NCBI RefSeq assembly: GCF_036287235.1
Contig: NZ_CP142850.1
Coordinates: forward strand, 1,163,127 to 1,195,126
Direction: 5' to 3'
Source of the DNA: Exiguobacterium sp. 9-2
GTDB taxonomy: Bacteria; Bacillota; Bacilli; Exiguobacteriales; Exiguobacteriaceae
DNA length: 32,000 nucleotides
Shown here piece by piece: positions 25,669 through 32,000 of this stretch; within the stretch, counting starts at the first letter, position 1; each line of letters starts with the position of its first letter. A program made the position numbers and the translations under genes. Under the pieces are notes generated by a model that saw only the letters and a list, made by a program, of their open reading frames with translations, did not search any database and was not told where the DNA came from.

Positions 25669-26130
25669 ATGGATTTGACGTTTGCAGTAAATCAAAAAAA
25701 GCTTAACATTCGCGCAGTGGCGCTGTTGATTCAAGATGAACATCTCTTGATTCATCGGCAAGGAGAAGATGATTTTTGGTCATTACCGGGAGGACGGGTA
25801 CAATTTGGTGAAAGTGGTGCCAAAGCGATTGAACGTGAATTATTAGAAGAATTAGGACAGTCAATCGAGCCACCGGTCTTCCGTTTCCTGCATGAAAATT
25901 TCTTTAATTACGCAGACCATCAGTTTCATGAACTGGGGATGTTTTATGAAGTGACATGTCGAGAACCACTACCACTTTCAACGGAAGACTTTTACGGTCC
26001 CGAAGGTGAAGAATTGACGTACCGGTTCGTTCCATTCGATAAACTGGATCAATATACATTGTATCCAAGCGGATTATCAAAAATGCTTCAAACCAATGTT
26101 TTTCCAACGCTATTGACGAATGACATCTGA
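25669..26130 (+). CDS. Nudix hydrolase
   Basis: Nudix box GGRVQFGESGAKAIERELLEELG. The start is uncertain: ATG 25669 gives 153 aa, and GTG 25615 from the track is the alternative. Neither has a strong SD. Confidence 0.8.
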   Translation: MDLTFAVNQKKLNIRAVALLIQDEHLLIHRQGEDDFWSLPGGRVQFGESGAKAIERELLEELGQSIEPPVFRFLHENFFNYADHQFHELGMFYEVTCREPLPLSTEDFYGPEGEELTYRFVPFDKLDQYTLYPSGLSKMLQTNVFPTLLTNDI

Positions 26131-26145
26131 CTTTTCCGGAAAAAC

Positions 26146-26170
26146 GTTTATAGATGTATCGCAAGGGAAT
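26146..26170 (+). promoter_or_regulatory. SigB-type promoter candidate GTTTAT-N13-GGGAAT
   Basis: gtttat at 26146-26151, 13-nt spacer, gggaat at 26165-26170, 47 nt before ATG 26218. Confidence 0.55.
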
Positions 26171-26217
26171 GGTTAATCATGTAGTTCATTCCACAATGAT
26201 AAGGGAGCTGATCGTTC

Positions 26218-27093
26218 ATGAGAGAAGAGCAGTTCGAAGCGATGCATCAAGAAGCACGAGGGCAGACGCAGGAACAACAACCCGGTGTCGAGTACGCCAT
26301 GAAACCGGAACCGATCTACGATGATCCGGATTATGTCGGTTCAGGAAAACTGACGGGGAAGGTTGCACTGATCACAGGTGGAGACAGTGGAATCGGTCGA
26401 GCCGTTGCTGTCGCTTATGCGAAAGAAGGGGCAAATGTCGCAATCGTATACTTAAATGAGGGAAAAGACGCAGAAAAGACGAAATCGTTGATTGAAGGCT
26501 ACGGGGTCAAAGCCTTAAAAATTGCTAAAGATGTCAGTCAACCGGAAAATGCGCAAGCGATCATCGATACCGTCATTGCAGAATTTGGTCAATTGAACAT
26601 TCTCGTTAACAATGCCGGAAAACAATTCCCGCAAGATGATTTCCTTGCGATCACACCAGATCAATTGAAGGAAACGTTCGAAACGAATGTTTTTTCGATG
26701 TTCTACTTGATTCAGGCTGCGCTTCCACATTTGCATAAAGAAGATGCAATCATCAATACCTCATCGGTGACAGCGTATCGCGGAGCACCGTCGCTGATCG
26801 ACTACTCGGCGACGAAAGGCGCTATTACGACATTGACACGCTCGCTTGCTTCAAGCTTGATTGAGAAAGGAATCCGCGTTAATGCTGTCGCACCGGGACC
26901 GATTTGGACGCCTCTCATTCCAGCGACGTTCTCGAAGGAGAAAGTCGAGTCGCATGGGGAAGACACATTAATGAAGCGTCGGGGACAACCGTCAGAAAAT
27001 GCACCGGCTTATGTCTATTTGGCTTCTCGTGATTCGAGTTACATCACGGGTCAGACGATTCATATCAACGGCGGCGATTACATCACGTCTTAA
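26218..27093 (+). CDS. SDR oxidoreductase of the YdaD/YhdF/YhxC general-stress-protein-39 type
   Basis: QQPGVEY..MKPEP lead-in, ITGGDSGIGRA, and a tail AVAPGPIWTPLIPATF..GQPSE. These match B. subtilis YdaD/YhdF as I remember them. Confidence 0.85.
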   Translation: MREEQFEAMHQEARGQTQEQQPGVEYAMKPEPIYDDPDYVGSGKLTGKVALITGGDSGIGRAVAVAYAKEGANVAIVYLNEGKDAEKTKSLIEGYGVKALKIAKDVSQPENAQAIIDTVIAEFGQLNILVNNAGKQFPQDDFLAITPDQLKETFETNVFSMFYLIQAALPHLHKEDAIINTSSVTAYRGAPSLIDYSATKGAITTLTRSLASSLIEKGIRVNAVAPGPIWTPLIPATFSKEKVESHGEDTLMKRRGQPSENAPAYVYLASRDSSYITGQTIHINGGDYITS

Positions 27094-27103
27094 GGGGGAA
27101 AAC

Positions 27104-27295
27104 ATGATGAAGAAAAATCCGAATGAAGTGCCTGAACGTGAACCGGATCATCAACCTGACGAAGTTCCGCAAGCACCACCGAGCGAGGTGCCAGATACAC
27201 CACAGGAAGATCCTGTCCGTCAACCGGAACCGGATACGTTCCCGGAACCAACTGAGATTCCTGATACACCGCAGGAAGATCCAAATCCCTATTAA
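27104..27295 (+). CDS. Small Pro/Glu/Asp-rich protein, 63 aa, with an internal repeat
   Basis: ATG 27104 with SD aaggggga upstream, 10 nt after the SDR stop. The sequence is MMKKNPNEVPEREPDHQPDEVPQAPPSEVPDTPQEDPVRQPEPDTFPEPTEIPDTPQEDPNPY. A terminator follows. Confidence 0.6.
   Translation: MMKKNPNEVPEREPDHQPDEVPQAPPSEVPDTPQEDPVRQPEPDTFPEPTEIPDTPQEDPNPY
27191..27282 (+). repeat. 23-nt direct repeat (21/23 identical) inside the 63-aa gene
   Basis: ccagatacaccacaggaagatcc (27191-27213) against cctgatacaccgcaggaagatcc (27260-27282), 69 nt apart. Both encode PDTPQEDP. Confidence 0.9.
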
Positions 27296-27307
27296 TAGGT
27301 TGACCGT

Positions 27308-27341
27308 AGTCACCATCCAAGAATCGGATGGTGACTTTTTC
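27308..27341 (+). terminator. Rho-independent terminator
   Basis: agtcaccatcc / ggatggtgact 11-bp perfect stem followed by a T-run. Confidence 0.88.
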
Positions 27342-27363
27342 GTGATTAAGAAGACAAACCAGC

Positions 27364-27393
27364 TTGACAGACAAACTGTATGGTGAGTATGAT
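27364..27393 (+). promoter_or_regulatory. Sigma-A promoter candidate TTGACA-N18-TATGAT for the YtrA-type operon
   Basis: ttgaca at 27364-27369 and tatgat at 27388-27393. Confidence 0.55.
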
Positions 27394-27405
27394 ACAGAAG
27401 AGAAG

Positions 27406-27425
27406 TGTATTAATGTTTTAATACA
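27406..27425. promoter_or_regulatory. Inverted repeat TGTATTAA-tgtt-TTAATACA, candidate YtrA/GntR operator
   Basis: 8-bp perfect arms with a 4-nt spacer, 13 nt downstream of the -10 and 26 nt before the regulator start. Confidence 0.5.
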
Positions 27426-27450
27426 TTACACAGAAAAGGGAGGTCTACCG

Positions 27451-27831
27451 ATGCAGTTCGACCAAAGAAGCCCGGTGTACCTGCAGGTCGTCCGTTGGTT
27501 CAAACAACGAATCGCGACCGAGGAATTGCAAAGCGGGCAAGAAATCCCGTCCCGCCGCGAAATTGCCGCACAGCTCGGAATCAATCCGAATACCGCACAA
27601 AAAGCATATAAAGAGATGGAGGAGCAGCAATTGATTACGACAGAACGGAATGTCCCGAGTAAGATTACACGCGATCCACAAGTCGTCCAAAAAGTACGGA
27701 CCGAGATGCTTGAAGAAGCAGTCTCTGAATTCATCGATGCCGTCAAGGCGATTCAAATTCCACTTGATGAGGTCGTCTCGAAAGTTGAGACCGTCTATCA
27801 GGAAACGGAACGGAGGAAGATCGATGCTTGA
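27451..27831 (+). CDS. GntR-family transcriptional regulator, YtrA subfamily (126 aa)
   Basis: ATG 27451 with SD aaagggagg upstream. Winged-helix segment IPSRREIAAQLGINPNTAQKAYKEMEE. The short helical C-terminus is typical of the YtrA subfamily. Confidence 0.85.
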   Translation: MQFDQRSPVYLQVVRWFKQRIATEELQSGQEIPSRREIAAQLGINPNTAQKAYKEMEEQQLITTERNVPSKITRDPQVVQKVRTEMLEEAVSEFIDAVKAIQIPLDEVVSKVETVYQETERRKIDA

Positions 27832-28501
27832 AGTTCATGGCTTACAAAAGAAGTACGGAAAAAAACCAGTCCTTCAAGGCGTTTCGTTCTCCGTTCCGAT
27901 GGATCAATTGACATGTCTGATCGGTTTGAACGGTGAGGGGAAATCGACGATCCTGAAAGCAATCGCAGGACTTGTTCCAGTCAACGCAGGAACGATTCTC
28001 GTCGATGGCGAGATCAACCGAAATAAGATCGCCTTCGTTCCAGATATTCAGACGATGCCCGGCTACATGACGGTCGGTGACGCGCTGACGTATATGGCGG
28101 ATTATTATTCTGATTGGAATCAAGAGACTGCGAATGAATTGATGCGAATTTTCCAGCTACTTTCAACAGATAAGATTACCGACTTATCAAAAGGAAACCA
28201 GGCGAAGGTCAGCTTAATTCTCGGATTTGCTCTCGATCGTCCGTACTTATTACTCGACGAACCGTTCGCAGGAATTGATTTGTTTACGAAAGAACAGATT
28301 GCAGGATTATTCTCAAGCCACTTCATGGAAGGGCGCGGTATCCTGATGACGACACACGAAATTCAGGAAATCGAGCATTTGATCGACCGGGTCGTCTTCT
28401 TACAGGACGGTCGAATCATCGATGAACATGAGACAGAAGAGATGCGAGAACTGTACGGGAAGTCGGTTCAGGACCGGATGCGGGAGGTCTATCAGCGATG
28501 A
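27824..28501 (+). CDS. ABC transporter ATP-binding protein (YtrB-like)
   Basis: ATG 27824 overlaps the regulator stop, with SD ggagga upstream. Walker A GLNGEGKST, deviant signature LSKGNQ, Walker B LLLDEP, H-loop TTHE. Confidence 0.88.
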   Translation: MLEVHGLQKKYGKKPVLQGVSFSVPMDQLTCLIGLNGEGKSTILKAIAGLVPVNAGTILVDGEINRNKIAFVPDIQTMPGYMTVGDALTYMADYYSDWNQETANELMRIFQLLSTDKITDLSKGNQAKVSLILGFALDRPYLLLDEPFAGIDLFTKEQIAGLFSSHFMEGRGILMTTHEIQEIEHLIDRVVFLQDGRIIDEHETEEMRELYGKSVQDRMREVYQR

Positions 28502-29313
28502 AACAATACATACAATTGACGAATGAAGAGATTAAACGGAGTTTTAAGTTATATGTAATTGCCGTGCTTGTGATGGCGGCGATTGAATTGATATCAGTCA
28601 TTGCACAAGTGATGCTTCATGAGCAAAAAATCAAGAATTTCATGGAGAATAATCGTGCAAAATTATCAGACGCACTTCAGCAAATCGGAAAGCTAGATTA
28701 CGCGGATACGACTTCTTTTTTCGTATTTATGACCTTAATAGGAATTGTATTTGTTGTGATTTACGCATTTCAAATTTGGTATCGTGATTGGCTTGGGGAA
28801 ACAAAATACATCTATCGACTATTAATGCTTCCAGGGAGCAGATATAGCATCTTCTTTTCAAAATTAACTGCTGTATTTCTGGTTATGATTAGCTTTATTG
28901 GTTTGCAATGGTGTTTTCTTAAGGTTGGATCTTATTTATTTGATTGGTGGATCCAAGCGGAGTATCAAAAAAGTTCTAATACGAATATATTCAGTAGTTC
29001 ATTGGAAGAATTTTATACGACGAATTTAACTAATATGATTCTCATCATCCTTATTTCTACAATGGTTATCTGTTTAATCTTTTTGCTCGTTTTGTTGGAA
29101 CGATCGTATCGAAAAGTAAAAGGAATGATTCGAATCGCGATTGAAATTACAATTTTTATAGCGTATTCGTTCATTTGTATCTATTTTTTAGATCAGACAC
29201 ATTTATTACTAAGTTCTGAAAAAGATGCTTTATTCATAGGGTTTGTTTTTGTCTATATGATTTACGCCTTGTGGAGAAGTTTACGACTTTTGAAATGGAA
29301 AATCTCGGTCTAA
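28498..29313 (+). CDS. Six-TM membrane protein, probable permease partner (ABC-2-like topology, family not recognised)
   Basis: ATGA overlap with the ATPase stop, with SD gggagg upstream. Six hydrophobic segments with a long loop after TM1. Confidence 0.6.
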   Translation: MKQYIQLTNEEIKRSFKLYVIAVLVMAAIELISVIAQVMLHEQKIKNFMENNRAKLSDALQQIGKLDYADTTSFFVFMTLIGIVFVVIYAFQIWYRDWLGETKYIYRLLMLPGSRYSIFFSKLTAVFLVMISFIGLQWCFLKVGSYLFDWWIQAEYQKSSNTNIFSSSLEEFYTTNLTNMILIILISTMVICLIFLLVLLERSYRKVKGMIRIAIEITIFIAYSFICIYFLDQTHLLLSSEKDALFIGFVFVYMIYALWRSLRLLKWKISV

Positions 29314-29323
29314 GGAGGATAAT

Positions 29324-30415
29324 ATGCGATCATATAAATATTTTATAAGTTTTATACTAATCAGTGTCGCGTCACTAGCTTTTTATGTGGGATACGTCTT
29401 AACTTTAGAAAAACCTGAATTAGTAGTTGAAACCAAGAGCGGTAGCCCGAAGCAAAGCACTCTTCAAAATCTACAAATTAACTTAATCGATGTAGTTCGT
29501 CAACCTACAGACTACTCTGTTTCGATTAAAGATGGACAAGTCTCTGAATCAAAATCATCATATCTAAATAATATGTATCTCGATCGTGTTTATTTAAACG
29601 ATGGAGCGCCACGGTCATTTAAACAGTTCATGCAAGAAGAAACGTATACTCTCATGCAAGATTCTGTGACTTACGGATTAAAAGGTCGAGAAGACGGTAG
29701 TTGGGAGTTGCAATATTGGGATCTTAAAACTAAAAAATTGACGACAAAACAATTGAGCACTCCCTCAGAAGTTAATAATAAAAAGTACGCCTACTCACCC
29801 TTTCAACGAACAGAAGATCTACTTTATGTGGAGCGCTATTCGATGGATGAGCAAATCCCCAAAAGCTTTATTTATATTATTAACTTAAAAAATAATCGCG
29901 TACGCAAACAACTACTACCAATAGAATTAAAGAAAAATGAATACATTGAGTCATTCTATAAAGGACAACTACTTTATTCTCAAACATATTTTCCTAAGAA
30001 TAACCCCGATACTGAACAGCAGCGTCTGCTGATGACAGACGGAAAAAAGACGAAACGATTAAAACAACTGGAAGGAGAAGATTTTAACACTCGAATTTTA
30101 AATGAAGGCAAATTAATCGTGACGATAAATGAAAATGATGAGACACAGTTAAGTTGGAATACGTTCGATATGGAGTCGGAAAAATATACAGTACATCAAG
30201 TTCCACTTCCTGATCGTAAAAAATTCACAGATGGAGGTGGATTCCCGGTCTCTATTTTGGAAAATGGACGCATTTATTTTTCTTATCAGCTAAAAAATGA
30301 TGATTACAGAGTATTGGTTTTCAATCCGACATCAGCAAATATTGAATATGAAGGAAACATTACGAATAAAAATCCAAAGATTAAGTTATCACTAAGTGAT
30401 ATGCGATTGAAGTAA
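29324..30415 (+). CDS. Hypothetical N-terminally anchored 363-aa protein (AT-rich, K/N/Y/E-rich ectodomain)
   Basis: SD aaggagg upstream. One TM segment (YFISFILISVASLAFYVGYVL). No catalytic or binding motif recognised. Confidence 0.6.
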   Translation: MRSYKYFISFILISVASLAFYVGYVLTLEKPELVVETKSGSPKQSTLQNLQINLIDVVRQPTDYSVSIKDGQVSESKSSYLNNMYLDRVYLNDGAPRSFKQFMQEETYTLMQDSVTYGLKGREDGSWELQYWDLKTKKLTTKQLSTPSEVNNKKYAYSPFQRTEDLLYVERYSMDEQIPKSFIYIINLKNNRVRKQLLPIELKKNEYIESFYKGQLLYSQTYFPKNNPDTEQQRLLMTDGKKTKRLKQLEGEDFNTRILNEGKLIVTINENDETQLSWNTFDMESEKYTVHQVPLPDRKKFTDGGGFPVSILENGRIYFSYQLKNDDYRVLVFNPTSANIEYEGNITNKNPKIKLSLSDMRLK

Positions 30416-30494
30416 GTTATAGAAATTTCATTCAATCACTTGAAACCTCCCGTTTTCTTCCAACGTATAAAGACTATACAAGGGGGGAACTCAC

Positions 30495-30788
30495 ATGCAA
30501 TTCTTGATTTTTGTCATCTTCGCAGGTGCTATGTACTGGTTTTATTACAATTTCTTACTCGGATACCGTAAGAAAAACATCACGCTGACGTTTGACGATC
30601 GGTTTTATTCACTCGACGAACATGTCGCAGCCATCGAACAAAAGCTTGCAATGGATGGGCATTCGGCACGTTATCTCGGTGACCGTCGTTTTGAAGTTGA
30701 TGGCAAACCTTATCTGTTCCTCGAGCGGACAGTCCCAGTCGGCGGGGTTCCGACACAGCAGACGATTCTCGAGCAACAAAAAAAATAA
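30495..30788 (+). CDS. Small single-TM hypothetical protein, 97 aa
   Basis: From the ORF track. SD aagggggg upstream. Composition matches the flanks. A terminator follows. Confidence 0.55.
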   Translation: MQFLIFVIFAGAMYWFYYNFLLGYRKKNITLTFDDRFYSLDEHVAAIEQKLAMDGHSARYLGDRRFEVDGKPYLFLERTVPVGGVPTQQTILEQQKK

Positions 30789-30815
30789 CTCTCCCGCGTT
30801 TGGGAGAGTTTTTTC
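30787..30815. terminator. Bidirectional terminator
   Basis: aactctccc / gggagagtt stem, with A-run before and T-run after. Confidence 0.85.
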
Positions 30816-30816
30816 G

Positions 30817-31305
30817 TTAGACCGGAATCCGGTCGAGGGGATGTGGTTGTTGCGACGAACGATACCAGTGTATGATCCAATGATCAATACCGATTTGATA
30901 CGCAAAGCGTCCTGCAGCAAGTAAGACGATTGAGGCAGCTAAGAACAACGGGTTTAACGCAATCGTTCCAGCAAGTAAGTAATTGAGATTCATGATGCTC
31001 CCGACGACCAGTGCAGGAACCGTCAATAGACTGAGAATCAACAAGATCCCGACGACGAGTTCTGCGAACGGAATCAAGACGTTGATCAGCCCGACGTTTG
31101 GTAAGGCGAGTTGCTCGATCCACGTCGCGTACCACGAACTGACGAGTGCGTCTTCGCCTATCGCTTTCGTTAGCGCCCCTTCAAGAAACGGTTTTGCATC
31201 AAAGCCATTGATGTACTTGCCGATCCCGGCGATGAACCACTGAATTCCGAGCCAGAGCCGGATGATCGTCACTAAACTGATGCCGATGATGTGTAATGCT
31301 TTCAC
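30817..31305 (-). CDS. DoxX-like membrane protein (tentative), 162 aa
   Basis: GTG 31305 with SD gaggag 9 nt upstream. Four TM segments. The N-terminal RLWLGIQWFIAGIGK resembles the DoxX/DoxD family signature. Confidence 0.5.
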   Translation of the reverse strand: MKALHIIGISLVTIIRLWLGIQWFIAGIGKYINGFDAKPFLEGALTKAIGEDALVSSWYATWIEQLALPNVGLINVLIPFAELVVGILLILSLLTVPALVVGSIMNLNYLLAGTIALNPLFLAASIVLLAAGRFAYQIGIDHWIIHWYRSSQQPHPLDRIPV

Positions 31306-31382
31306 TTTCAGACACTCCTCTACTACAACATAGTCCCCATCATACTGAAAAATCATCAGTAAGATAGGGACTATCATCATAA

Positions 31383-31402
31383 CGTCATCGAACCGTCATC
31401 GA
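31383..31402. repeat. Tandem 9-nt direct repeat CGTCATCGA x2 at 11-nt spacing (TCGATGACG on the minus strand)
   Basis: Copies at 31383-31391 and 31394-31402. The repeat abuts a minus-strand TATGAT (31381-31376) upstream of the DoxX-like gene. Confidence 0.5.
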
Positions 31403-31431
31403 CCTGTTACAAAAAAGGATAAGGTAGCCGT

Positions 31432-32000
31432 TCATGACCGCTGATCGAGACGATGACTGATTGCAGTTAATAAAGCAGCGACAAGCGCAACAAGCCCACC
31501 GACCAGTGCCGTGTTCATCATCGGACCGTTCGCATAAACGATGCCACCGAGTGCCGAACCGAAGGCAATCCCGACATTACTTGCAACCGGCATCAAGGAA
31601 GCGGCGAGTCCTTTTGCTTCCGGATTGAACTTTTCGGCGAGGTCAATCAAGTAGATTTGTGTCGAAGTCGTCAATAAAATCGACATCAATGACATCAAGG
31701 CGATGTTAAACAGACCAAGTGAAAGGGATACTGTCGTGAAGTATAATGCAGCAAGGACGATTGCTTGCACGACGAAGACGAACCGTAAGCGACCCATCGG
31801 ATTTTTACTTGCAATCTTGCCGGCAAGGATGTTACTGAAGATCGAGACGACACCGTAAGCGAGCAGGATCGGACTAATCCATGTCTTCGCGATGCCGAGT
31901 TCCGTTTGCAGGATCGGCACGAGGTACGTGTAGACGACGTAAGTTGCTCCGAAGCCGAACGACGGAATGAAGAAGGCAATCAGGATCCGTGGATTAGCGA
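31432..32000 (-). CDS. MFS transporter, C-terminal half (N-terminus outside the window)
   Basis: The frame is open to the window end. There are six hydrophobic helices, and GLAASLMPVASNVGIAFGSALGG is typical of MFS TM11-12. Confidence 0.75.
   Translation of the reverse strand, partial: ANPRILIAFFIPSFGFGATYVVYTYLVPILQTELGIAKTWISPILLAYGVVSIFSNILAGKIASKNPMGRLRFVFVVQAIVLAALYFTTVSLSLGLFNIALMSLMSILLTTSTQIYLIDLAEKFNPEAKGLAASLMPVASNVGIAFGSALGGIVYANGPMMNTALVGGLVALVAALLTAISHRLDQRS

Noticed and set aside
27083-27386. Three alternative ORFs overlapping the Pro/Glu-rich gene and its terminator
   Set aside because: The cause is the same low-complexity, stop-poor sequence. None has an SD, and two run through the terminator hairpin.
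27364-27823. Track starts at 27364 (GntR ORF) and 27650 (ATPase ORF), and 26999 for the small Pro-rich ORF
   Set aside because: The extensions have no SD. One begins at the -35 hexamer itself, and another runs inside the regulator gene. Internal ATGs at 27451, 27824 and 27104 each have strong SDs and give family-typical N-termini.
1-32000. CRISPR arrays, tRNA/rRNA genes, IS elements, integrases, prophage or known defence-system genes
   Set aside because: I found no regularly spaced repeats, no cloverleaf-like or rRNA-like segments, and no ORF with transposase, integrase, nuclease or helicase motifs that I could recognise.

Overview
The window looks like a chromosomal segment of a roughly 50% G+C Firmicute. 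Gene content, Shine-Dalgarno (SD) sites and terminators are Bacillales-style. The codon habits remind me of Exiguobacterium, but I cannot verify that. I support 37 protein-coding genes. I found no rRNA, tRNA, CRISPR array, transposase or integrase.

Recognisable content:
- a BmrA-like ABC exporter (partial) and a YaiI/YqxD-family protein
- a soluble GAF/PAS histidine kinase followed directly by a GAF / degenerate-GGDEF / EAL protein
- a DUF1836 gene paired with a 321-aa gene
- hemolysin-III, an M3 oligoendopeptidase and rpiA
- a DgcK-like membrane diguanylate cyclase with a DUF350 gene
- a complete 3-hydroxybutyrate utilisation operon (GntP-type permease, scoA, scoB, bdh, thiolase) behind a full-consensus cre site
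- brnQ behind a CodY-box-like site, and gldA
- two tandem SH3b-M23 peptidase paralogs, a Nudix hydrolase and a YdaD/YhdF-like general-stress SDR
- a DoxX-like protein and a partial MFS transporter

The parts most likely to hide something undescribed are two AT-rich patches:
1. About 11.2-12.6 kb: an islet between convergent core genes. It encodes a 4-TM protein and a soluble protein whose 5' end looks frameshifted at an A6 run.
2. About 28.6-30.4 kb: the membrane half of a YtrA-type GntR + ABC ATPase operon. It consists of a 6-TM protein and a 363-aa membrane-anchored protein with no motif I can name.

Other points:
- two near-identical SigB-type promoters in front of small acidic or Pro/Glu-rich disordered proteins
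- a lipoprotein / HExxH protease pair that looks like one split gene
- several short operator-like repeats

All family assignments come from motifs I read plus memory. No database search was possible.
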